Shown here: in pieces, positions 35,795-43,145 of the stretch
How the letters are laid out: each line of letters starts with the position of its first letter
How positions within the stretch are numbered: position 1 is the first letter of the stretch
Origin: Phycisphaera sp.
GTDB lineage: Bacteria; Planctomycetota; Phycisphaerae; Phycisphaerales; UBA1924
Reading direction: 5' to 3'
Assembly (NCBI GenBank): GCA_025916675.1
Contig: CP098402.1
Location: 55,205 to 119,204 of the forward strand
DNA length: 64,000 nucleotides
Program-made: the position numbers and the translations under genes
Notes under the pieces: model-generated
Databases searched by the model: none
Seen by the model: the letters and a program-made list of their open reading frames with translations, nothing else
What the model was told of the DNA's origin: nothing

Positions 35795-36538
35795 CTAACA
35801 GCCCGCCGCGAACAGCGCCTGGAAGGCCAGGAAGTCGGCGAAGGTCAACGCCAAGTCGCCGTCGAAGTCCGCCAGCAGGTCGCCGGTGTTGAACGCGTTC
35901 TGAAAGGCCAGGAAGTCGAAAGTTGTCGCCAGACCGTCACCGTCGAGGTCGACGGCGCAACCGTCGGCCTGCCCCCGGGCCCGCACCATCCAGGTGCCGT
36001 TGAAGGGACTATCGCTCATGCGCAGGATGAACGGGGCCGCGCCGGGGTCCGGCAGAAGATCGCCGTCGTAGAACAGCCAGCTCCGCACGCCCAGCGTGTC
36101 CTGGTCCATGCGCGCGGCCGACTGGCGCTGCGGGATGAACGCGGCCACGGCCACGAAGAACCCGCCATCGGGCCCAACGTTCGTGGGGCGGATCGGGTAC
36201 GTCGCGAAGGTGCTCGTCGACGTGGACTGCGACGCGTGCGAGGCGGCCGAGATCGGTACCGCGTTGGTCGGGTCGCCGTCGCCATCGGGGTCGTTGTACA
36301 CGATGATCGTCAGCGGCGTGCCCACGGGCAGGCTGCCCGAGAACGACACGCTCACTTCGCTAATCCACGGGCATGAGGGCTCAACGTCGAAGTAATTGCC
36401 CCACGTCATCACCGCGTCGAACTCGCTGGGCCCGATGGTGAACCCGCCCGACCCGTCGTCGAGGATGAAATCGGGGCACTGGGCGAACGCGGAAACGGCG
36501 GAGAACAGCACGGCGGTGAGGGAGGTTGGTGTCTTCAT
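35795..36538 (-). CDS. Secreted hypothetical protein with duplicated EF-hand/dockerin-like C-terminal module
   Basis: Start ATG 36538 (signal MKTPTSLTAVLFSAVSAFAQ). Beta-rich body. C-terminus CAVDLDGDGLATTFDFLAFQNAFNTGDLLADFDGDLALTFADFLAFQALFAAGC. Confidence 0.6.
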   Translation of the reverse strand: MKTPTSLTAVLFSAVSAFAQCPDFILDDGSGGFTIGPSEFDAVMTWGNYFDVEPSCPWISEVSVSFSGSLPVGTPLTIIVYNDPDGDGDPTNAVPISAASHASQSTSTSTFATYPIRPTNVGPDGGFFVAVAAFIPQRQSAARMDQDTLGVRSWLFYDGDLLPDPGAAPFILRMSDSPFNGTWMVRARGQADGCAVDLDGDGLATTFDFLAFQNAFNTGDLLADFDGDLALTFADFLAFQALFAAGC

Positions 36539-36665
36539 GAGGCCAGCGTACGCGCTGGTCGGTTCTATACTTTCCCCCCGGCCCTGCCGCATCCGGCCGA
36601 TACCCAAACACTGCCGCCCCAGGTCCGATCGCCTTGGGCGTGCCTTTCCCTCGGAGAAAGCCCGC

Positions 36666-37865
36666 ATGAGCAACACACCCGTGATCGTCGCCGCCAAGCG
36701 CACCCCCATCGGCAAGTTCTTTGGCAGCCTCGCCGGCACGCCCGCGCCCCAGCTCGGTGCCTACGCCATCAAGGCCGCGATGGATGCCGTCCCCGCCCTC
36801 AAGGGCGACATGGTCGACGAGTGCGTCATGGGCTGCGTGCTGCAGGCCGGGCTGGGCCAGAACCCCGCCCGCCAGGCCGGGCTCGAGGCCGGCCTGCCCG
36901 ACACCCTGAGCGCCAAGACCATCAACAAGGTCTGCGGCTCGGGCCTCGAGGCCGTCATGATGGCCGCCCAGTCGATCAAGGCCGGCGACAACGACGTGGT
37001 CGTCGCCGGCGGCATGGAGAACATGACCGGCGCGCCCCACTTCGCCCACGTGCGGCAGGGCGTGAAGTTCGGCGACACCAAGCTCGTCGACGTCATGGCC
37101 CACGACGGCCTGACCTGCGCCTTCGAGTGCTGGATGATGGGCAACGCCGCCGACCACATCGCCCAGAAGTACGACATCAGCCGCGAGGAGCAGGATCGCT
37201 TCGCCGCCCAGAGCCACCAGCGGGCCGAGAAGGCGACCAGCGAGGGCTGGTTCAAGGACGAGATGGTCGCGCTCACCGGCGAGCAACTGGGCAACCGCAA
37301 GGTGCCCGGCCCCGAGGGTGGTTGCTCGACGGATGAGGGCATCCGCCCGGGCAGTACGGCCGAGGGCCTCTCGAAGCTGCGCCCCGCCTTCGACAAGGCC
37401 GGCACCGTGACCGCCGGCAACGCGAGCCAGATCAACGACGGCGCGGCGGCCACCATCGTGATGAGCGAGGCCAAGGCCAGCGAGCTTGGCATCAAGCCCA
37501 TGGCCAAGATCATCGCCTACGCCACAAGCGGCGTGGCGCCCAAGGACATCTTCGCCGCCCCGATCACCGGCGTGCAGAACGTGCTGAAGAAGGCCGGCCT
37601 GACCATCGACGACATCGACCTGTTCGAGCTCAACGAGGCCTTCGCCGCCCAGGTGCTCAGCAACATCAAGGAGCTGGGCATCCCCGAGGACAAGCTTAAC
37701 GTCGCCGGCGGCGGCGTCGCCCTGGGCCACCCCATCGGCGCCAGTGGCACCCGCGTGCTGACAACCCTCCTCCACCAGATGAATCGCACCGGCGCCAAGC
37801 GCGGGCTGGCGGGGCTGTGCCTGGGCGGTGGGAACAGCGTGGCGATGGTGGTAGAGGCGGTGTGA
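36666..37865 (+). CDS. Acetyl-CoA C-acetyltransferase (thiolase II)
   Basis: Start ATG 36666 (MSNTPVIVAAKRTPIGKFFGSL). Active-site Cys context INKVCGSGLEAV. C-terminal motifs NVAGGGVALGHPIGASGTR and GLAGLCLGGGNSVAMVVE. Confidence 0.92.
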   Translation: MSNTPVIVAAKRTPIGKFFGSLAGTPAPQLGAYAIKAAMDAVPALKGDMVDECVMGCVLQAGLGQNPARQAGLEAGLPDTLSAKTINKVCGSGLEAVMMAAQSIKAGDNDVVVAGGMENMTGAPHFAHVRQGVKFGDTKLVDVMAHDGLTCAFECWMMGNAADHIAQKYDISREEQDRFAAQSHQRAEKATSEGWFKDEMVALTGEQLGNRKVPGPEGGCSTDEGIRPGSTAEGLSKLRPAFDKAGTVTAGNASQINDGAAATIVMSEAKASELGIKPMAKIIAYATSGVAPKDIFAAPITGVQNVLKKAGLTIDDIDLFELNEAFAAQVLSNIKELGIPEDKLNVAGGGVALGHPIGASGTRVLTTLLHQMNRTGAKRGLAGLCLGGGNSVAMVVEAV

Positions 37866-37866
37866 G

Positions 37867-38598
37867 CTAGCCTGCTTTGCTCGCTTTTGCCTTCCACTCG
37901 TTATAGAGCTCTGTCTGAGCTTGCCGGCGAATTCTTGCAAGAGTCAATTTCATTTCCCGATTGTACCAAGATTTTAATTTGAGTGCATCCGGGATCAGCC
38001 TGTTGTCGAGCAAGAATCTCGGCAATCCACGCTCGCCCATCGCGACACGCGCTGCAGGAATTCGCCACACTTCACCGGTTCGGCTTATAACTTCAACTCC
38101 CCAGTAAGTACCGGGAATCTCAAGTAGTTTGAATGTGAAGAGTGGAAGTGTTGCTACGTAGGAGTCTTGTGCGGGCACTTCGATTGCCTTGTCCGATGAA
38201 ATTGCGGCAAGCGGCGGTGCCCGACCAATTTGTTTGAGAAACGCTTGGTTTTCCTTGCGAGACTTTTCTGCGTTGACCGCATGTCGAAATGGGTCATCGG
38301 CGGTTGCTGCCCCTGTCAACGCAACTCCATCCAGCAGGAGCGTGCTCTTACCGGTATTGGCAACCCTCACCCACATCCGATACGGCACACGCTGAAGGAA
38401 AGGGTCGCTATCCACACAGTCGCCGGTGGTGACGAAGAACTGTGGCTTGGCATCATGCTCGCTCTTATTCCAGTAGATAGTCCAGATGAGCGCGACGGTA
38501 GCAATGACAGAACCAGCAACTGTTGCCAGTGTTGCAACCGACATTGATAATGCATTCGAGGTGAGACTCAGAATCTCAACTATGGAGGTTGTGGGCAT
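37867..38598 (-). CDS. Orphan membrane-anchored hypothetical protein in a low-GC insert
   Basis: ORF 37867..38658(-), start placed at ATG 38598 (MPTTSIVEIL…); ATG 38658 would overlap the upstream gene. One N-terminal TM (VATLATVAGSVIATVALIWTIYW), then a beta-rich body. GC clearly lower than the surroundings. No recognisable motif. Confidence 0.5.
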   Translation of the reverse strand: MPTTSIVEILSLTSNALSMSVATLATVAGSVIATVALIWTIYWNKSEHDAKPQFFVTTGDCVDSDPFLQRVPYRMWVRVANTGKSTLLLDGVALTGAATADDPFRHAVNAEKSRKENQAFLKQIGRAPPLAAISSDKAIEVPAQDSYVATLPLFTFKLLEIPGTYWGVEVISRTGEVWRIPAARVAMGERGLPRFLLDNRLIPDALKLKSWYNREMKLTLARIRRQAQTELYNEWKAKASKAG

Positions 38599-38621
38599 TA
38601 AGTTTATTGTAGGCCCCGGCT

Positions 38622-40943
38622 CTAGGGGCACCCCGCCCCAAACGCATTCTGAAAACACAGAAAATCAAAGATGTCCAGCGCCCCCGACCCATCGCAATCC
38701 GCGATGAGGTCGCCCGCGTCGAAGGCGTTCTGGAACACCAGGAAGTCGAAGATCGTCAGCTCGCCGTCGCCGTCCAGGTCGGCGTAGCAGGAGGTGCCCA
38801 CCTCCAGCACCGGCGGGGGCATCAGCGTCACCGGCCGCTCGCCCGTGTCTTCGATCACGATCGTGACCTCGGCCGTCCCCGCGTCGCTGCCGGCGGTGGC
38901 CATCAGGTCGACCTCCCACACGCCGCCGCCCAATGACACGGGTGTGCCCAGGCTGATCGTGGGCGGCCCGCCGATGATGACCCGCGGCACGGCGGTGCTC
39001 ATGTCCGCGACCGCGCCCTGCCAATCGCGCAGCTCGATCCGCAGCGTCGTGCTCTCGCCCGGCGCGATCGTGTCGTCGTCGAGGGTTGCCGAACTCATCA
39101 CGCCGTCGGTCAGGCCAACCAGGTCGCTTCGCCAGTCGTCGAAATCATCTCGGAGCTGGAACACCGGATCGGGGTCGCTGCGGCTCTGGAACGCGACGTT
39201 GAAGTTCATGAAGTAGTCGCCCGCGCCGCAGCCCGGGCCGGAGGCGAACGTGCCGGATTGATTGCCGATGACCGAGACGTTGCTCCCGGTCGTGCCGACC
39301 AGCTCGTCGAAGCCGTCGCCCGTGAGGTCGACCAGCTCGAAGTTGCGCGGCAGCAGGCCCGAGCCGGTGGTGTCGACCAGCGTGAGTGCGCCGCCGTCGA
39401 TGCGGAAGGTCATCAGGTCGGCCGCGGTATCGCTGACGCCCACCACGAACTGCGCCGTGCCAGCCTCGGTCACGCTGCCGATGGCCGCCGAGTGGGGCGT
39501 TCGCGGCAGCGTGGCGGTGACCTCGGTGAACACGCCGCCCCCAAGGCTCACGACCACCGCCTCGCGCGACGAGCGGTTGATGCCCACCAGCTCGTCGGAT
39601 CCATCGCCGTCGAGGTCGCCCGCCTTGAGCGTCGAGGCGTCGATGCTGCTGCTGCCGATGGGCCCGAGCGCGAGCCCGCCCGATCCGTCGTTGAGCACCG
39701 CCACGACGAGCCCCGAGCCCGTCACGTAGCCCACGTCGTCCAGCCCGTCGCCATCCAGGTCGCCCACGGCCCATTGCCGAGGATCGCCGGCGAACATCAG
39801 CGACTCGGCCGTGAAGCCGCCGGCTCCATCGTTGCGCAGCACGGCCGCCTGCCCGCCGCTCGAAGCGCCCACGAACAGATCGCTCGGCCCGCCGTCGCCG
39901 TCTAGATCGATCGCCAGCAGCGCGCCCTCATCCGCGGCGATGCTCGTGCGCACCGGCTCGCCAAAAGCGCCCGCGCCGATACCCACGCCCACCGCGATCG
40001 CGCCGGCGTTGGTGTCGTGGGCGATCAGGTCGTCCACGCCATCGCCCGTCACGTCGAGCAGCAATATCCGCTCGGCCCGGCCGAAGCGCGTGTCGAAGGT
40101 CGGATCCAGCAGCACGGGCATGTCGCCCAGCACGCCGCCCGCGTTGGCGCGCGTCGCGATGCGGTCGCCGAGCTGGTCGGCCACCAGCACGTCGGGCAGC
40201 CCGTCGCCGTGCGTGTCGCCGATCGCCACGTCGCGCACGGGCGGGTCGGCCTGGTAGATGCCGTTGCACGCGTCGGTGTCGCCCGTGCGCGCGATCATCA
40301 TGTACCCGATATCCGCGCTCTTGAGGAATCCCGCCGGCGGCGTACCACACGGGATCGGCAGCGGCGTACACGAGCACCGCGCATCGCCGCCCTTGGCCTG
40401 GGCCGCTTCCATCCCCGCCATCAGCTTCTCGGCCAGGTCGCCCGGCGTCGTGATGATCGCCGCCACCGCGTCGTCGACCACCGCCGGCCCGGTCAGCAGG
40501 TTGCCCTGCACGGCGTAGATCACGCCGTCGATCTCACCGGTCGTCCCACCCGCCCACGCGCCCGCACCCGTGCCGCTGAACGTCGCGGCCAGCCCCGTGG
40601 TGTCGACGATGCCATACTGCCGCGTCTGGTGGCCGGAGTCGAAGGTCGAGAGGTCGGCCAGGATCTCGGAGGGCGTGAGTCCCAGCGCCAGCCCATCGCG
40701 GATGCGCACGCGATTGCGCCCCGACGAGTCCACGAAGCTCTGGGCCGTCGCCGCCCCGACGCCCGTGATGATCACCGGCGTGTTGGCCCGCAGGTCGAAG
40801 CTGGTCAGGCACGTGGCGCTGCCCAGGGCGATCTCGCCCGTGCGGGTGTCCACCAGCAGGATGGACCAGGTGGCTTGGGCCGTCCCGGCGGCACTCAGGA
40901 GGGCGGCGGCAGAGACAGCGGCAAGGGTTCGATAACCACGCAT
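38622..40943 (-). CDS. Secreted DUF1028 (Ntn-hydrolase-fold)-FG-GAP/VCBS repeat protein with dockerin-like C-terminus
   Basis: 773 aa. Signal MRGYRTLAAVSAAALLSAAGTAQA followed by TWSILLVDTRTGEIALGSATC… (DUF1028-like start). Six or more FG-GAP-type Ca loops (GDTHGDGLPDVLVAD, DVTGDGVDDLIAH, DLDGDGGPSDLFVG, GDLDGDGLDDVGYV, GDLDGDGSDELVGI, DLTGDGFDELVGT). C-terminus CYADLDGDGELTIFDFLVFQNAFDAGDLIADCDGSGALDIFDFLCFQNAFGAGCP. Confidence 0.7.
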   Translation of the reverse strand: MRGYRTLAAVSAAALLSAAGTAQATWSILLVDTRTGEIALGSATCLTSFDLRANTPVIITGVGAATAQSFVDSSGRNRVRIRDGLALGLTPSEILADLSTFDSGHQTRQYGIVDTTGLAATFSGTGAGAWAGGTTGEIDGVIYAVQGNLLTGPAVVDDAVAAIITTPGDLAEKLMAGMEAAQAKGGDARCSCTPLPIPCGTPPAGFLKSADIGYMMIARTGDTDACNGIYQADPPVRDVAIGDTHGDGLPDVLVADQLGDRIATRANAGGVLGDMPVLLDPTFDTRFGRAERILLLDVTGDGVDDLIAHDTNAGAIAVGVGIGAGAFGEPVRTSIAADEGALLAIDLDGDGGPSDLFVGASSGGQAAVLRNDGAGGFTAESLMFAGDPRQWAVGDLDGDGLDDVGYVTGSGLVVAVLNDGSGGLALGPIGSSSIDASTLKAGDLDGDGSDELVGINRSSREAVVVSLGGGVFTEVTATLPRTPHSAAIGSVTEAGTAQFVVGVSDTAADLMTFRIDGGALTLVDTTGSGLLPRNFELVDLTGDGFDELVGTTGSNVSVIGNQSGTFASGPGCGAGDYFMNFNVAFQSRSDPDPVFQLRDDFDDWRSDLVGLTDGVMSSATLDDDTIAPGESTTLRIELRDWQGAVADMSTAVPRVIIGGPPTISLGTPVSLGGGVWEVDLMATAGSDAGTAEVTIVIEDTGERPVTLMPPPVLEVGTSCYADLDGDGELTIFDFLVFQNAFDAGDLIADCDGSGALDIFDFLCFQNAFGAGCP

Positions 40944-41092
40944 ATTGAGGCTCCTGCGGGTGGAAGTCCCGGGCAGTTGGTCTTGTCACCACAGCCTACC
41001 ACAAACCCGCACCGGAGCCAAGGGCGATTCCCCGCATCCGGCCCGCCCCATACCATCCTCTTTGGGCCCTTCAACACGCCCCAGGAGGCACC

Positions 41093-41713
41093 ATGGACCT
41101 TGAGACCCGCATCGCCCAGTTCGAGAACATGTGCCGCGAGGACCCCGACAACGACATGGCCCACTTCTCGCTCGCGGGTGCCTACGCCCAGGCCGAGAGG
41201 CCCGCAGACGCCGCCGCCAGCTACATGCGCTGCATCGAGCTCAACCCCGCCATGAGCAAGGCCTACCAGCTCGCCGGCGAGCAGCTCGTGGCCGCCGAGC
41301 TCAAGGAAGAGGCCATCGAGCTCATCACCACCGGCTTCAAGAGCGCCACCGAACGCGGCGACCGCATGCCCGCCAACGCCATGAAGGCCCTGCTCGAAGA
41401 ACTCGGCGCCCCCGTGCCCGAGGTCCAAACCAAGCAGCCCACCGCCGCCGAGCTCGACCAGGGCGACTTCATCTGCCAGCGCACCGGCAAGCGCGGCCAC
41501 CAGCTCCCGCGCCCGCCCTTCAAGGGCCCCGTGGGCCAGTGGATCTACGAGAACATCAGCAAGGAGACCTGGGACGCCTGGATCGGCCAGGGGACGAAGG
41601 TCATCAACGAGCTGCGCCTGGACCTGAGCCAGGACGCCGACGCCGAGGCCTACGACCAGCACATGTACGAGTACCTGGGCGTCGACGAGGCGGTGCTGGC
41701 CAAGAGCCAGTAA
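41093..41713 (+). CDS. TPR-like domain fused to YggX-type Fe(2+)-trafficking domain
   Basis: N-terminal TPR-like helices (DNDMAHFSLAGAYAQAERPADAAASYMRCIELNPAMSKAYQLAGEQL). C-terminal 80 aa (FICQRTGKRGHQLPRPPFKGPVGQWIYENISKETWDAWIGQGTKVINELRLDLSQDADAEAYDQHMYEYLG) aligns by eye with E. coli YggX. Confidence 0.7.
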   Translation: MDLETRIAQFENMCREDPDNDMAHFSLAGAYAQAERPADAAASYMRCIELNPAMSKAYQLAGEQLVAAELKEEAIELITTGFKSATERGDRMPANAMKALLEELGAPVPEVQTKQPTAAELDQGDFICQRTGKRGHQLPRPPFKGPVGQWIYENISKETWDAWIGQGTKVINELRLDLSQDADAEAYDQHMYEYLGVDEAVLAKSQ

Positions 41714-41732
41714 AGAACGACACAACCGAGTC

Positions 41733-42323
41733 AACGAGCCCCTCGCGCAAGCGAGGGGAATAGACCCCCAAGCACCCCACGCGTCCAACACTCGAAGATG
41801 CCCCTCCTCGCCTACCTCCTCACCTGGACCACCTACGGCACCCGGGTCCACGGCGACGAACGAGGAAGCGTCGACGACGCCCACAACACGCCCGGCACCG
41901 ACGCCCTGCTCCCCGACCCATCACGCGAAGCGCGTGTCGCCGTGTCGATGGCGGAGGGCCCGTTCGTGCTGGATGGGCAGATGCGAGAACTGGTGACGAG
42001 GGCGATCGAGGACCACGCCAGGCTGCGCGGCTGGCGCATCGACGCGCTCAATGTCCGCTCGAACCACGTCCACGTCGTCATCGCCGCGCCGAGCCACGCG
42101 CCCGCGGTCGTCGTCGCGCAGCTCAAGTCGTGGGCGACGCGTCGGCTTCGCGAGAGCGGGGCGATCGGGACGCGCAAGCGTGTGTGGACGAAGATGGCCA
42201 GCACGCGATACATCAACACCGAGGCGTCCCGGCTCGCGGCGGTCGACTACGTACGCAATCATCAGTAGTGGGCACGGGTGGCCTTCGGGCGTCCATTCCC
42301 CTCGCTCGCGCGAGGGGCTCGTT
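41733..42323 (+). mobile_element. RAYT (REP-associated tyrosine transposase-like) unit flanked by inverted REP-like hairpins
   Basis: 28-nt AACGAGCCCCTCGCGCAAGCGAGGGGAA (41733-41760) and its near-exact reverse complement TTCCCCTCGCTCGCGCGAGGGGCTCGTT (42296-42323) bracket the Y1-transposase-like ORF. Each copy contains an 8-bp GC hairpin CCCCTCGC/GCGAGGGG. Confidence 0.65.
41798..42268 (+). CDS. IS200/RAYT-like HUH Y1 transposase family protein
   Basis: 156 aa. N-terminus AYLLTWTTYGTRVHGDERGS, HUH motif RSNHVHVVI, C-terminal Tyr motif AAVDYVRNHQ. Size typical of RAYT. Confidence 0.7.
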   Translation: MPLLAYLLTWTTYGTRVHGDERGSVDDAHNTPGTDALLPDPSREARVAVSMAEGPFVLDGQMRELVTRAIEDHARLRGWRIDALNVRSNHVHVVIAAPSHAPAVVVAQLKSWATRRLRESGAIGTRKRVWTKMASTRYINTEASRLAAVDYVRNHQ

Positions 42324-42545
42324 CACACTCAACTACGCCCGCCCCACGCCCGATATCGGGGGCACGGGCATTCTTGTTTGTCATAGTGCCCAAGATATTT
42401 TTCCGAACGGCGGGGCCGCTTCCCTTTTGCCCAGTTGGGGGGAGCGGCCCTGGTCGTTTGGTGGGCGTGGGTGCCAGGCCCCCAAGGCCATCAGCCCGAC
42501 CATCAACCCAAACATTCGCCGGATCGATACGAACAGAAAACAACC

Positions 42546-42573
42546 CCGTAACCTTCGGGTACGGTTTTCTTTC
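42546..42573 (+). terminator. Possible rho-independent terminator
   Basis: CCGTAACC-TTCG-GGTACGG hairpin (one bulged A) followed by TTTTCTTTC. Lies about 280 nt after the RAYT stop, so the assignment is tentative. Confidence 0.35.
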
Positions 42574-42587
42574 GCTCGGAAATGATT

Positions 42588-42797
42588 TTCCTCTCGAAGA
42601 AAATGGCTCCCGTCTAGACCGGAGAGGCATTCCTCTCGAGGAAGATGGCTCCCGTCCAGACCGGAGGGGCATTCCTCTCGGGGAAGATGGCTCCCGTCCA
42701 GACCGGAGGGGCTTTCCTCTCGAGAACCATGGCTCCGGTCGAGTCCAGAGCGGCGTTCCTCCTCAAGAAGATGGCTCCGGCGCTGACCGGGAGGGCC
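42588..42797. repeat. Five tandem copies of a 42-bp unit, decaying 5'->3'
   Basis: Units start at 42588, 42630, 42672, 42714 and 42756 (TTCCTCTCGAGGAAGATGGCTCCCGTCCAGACCGGAGGGGCA consensus). Copies 1-3 are near-identical; copies 4-5 are degenerate. Each unit has internal dyad symmetry (CTCCCGTC..GACCGGAG). Codons in every frame are atypical for this genome (CTA, AGA, ATT, AAT). Confidence 0.8.
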
Positions 42798-42849
42798 GCC
42801 GCGTGGCCCCGCGGTCAAGTCCCGTTGCCTTCGGTCCGATTACCAGGGC

Positions 42850-43095
42850 ATGCCACTGTTCAACTCGATGTCCACCCCCGAGATCGCCGTCGCCCTGTTC
42901 GTGGGCCTGCTGGGCATGGCCCTGTTCATCTATGGCAAGAAGGCCGAGCGCCCGGCCATCCTCGTCGCCGGCCTGGCGATGTGCGTGCTGCCCATGCTCG
43001 CGCACGGCGTGCTGGCCCAACTGGGCCTGGCCGCGGTGTGCGTGGTGGGGGGTGTGGGGCTGGGGAGGGTGTTTGAGGGGGGTGGGGTGGTGTGA
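42850..43095 (+). CDS. Small two-TM membrane protein
   Basis: 81 aa, very strong GC3 bias. MSTPEIAVALFVGLLGMALFIYGKKAERPAILVAGLAMCVLPMLAHG resembles small proteins often annotated as amino acid transport protein. Start may be ATG 42868. Confidence 0.55.
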   Translation: MPLFNSMSTPEIAVALFVGLLGMALFIYGKKAERPAILVAGLAMCVLPMLAHGVLAQLGLAAVCVVGGVGLGRVFEGGGVV

Positions 43096-43145
43096 GCGAC
43101 TAGGAACTATACCTACATTGGCTGATTCAGGCTATAGTCCGATTC

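Noticed and set aside
40017-41255. 412-aa + strand ORF antisense to the DUF1028-FG-GAP gene, and the similar ORFs 39258..39905 and 39145..39774(-).
   Set aside because: Arg/Gly/His/Asp low complexity. The chosen minus frame shows repeated FG-GAP Ca-binding loops and the dockerin-like tail.
42588-42797. Possible CRISPR array.
   Set aside because: The repeats are directly abutting with no unique spacers, they decay in sequence, and no cas genes are present. This is a plain tandem repeat.
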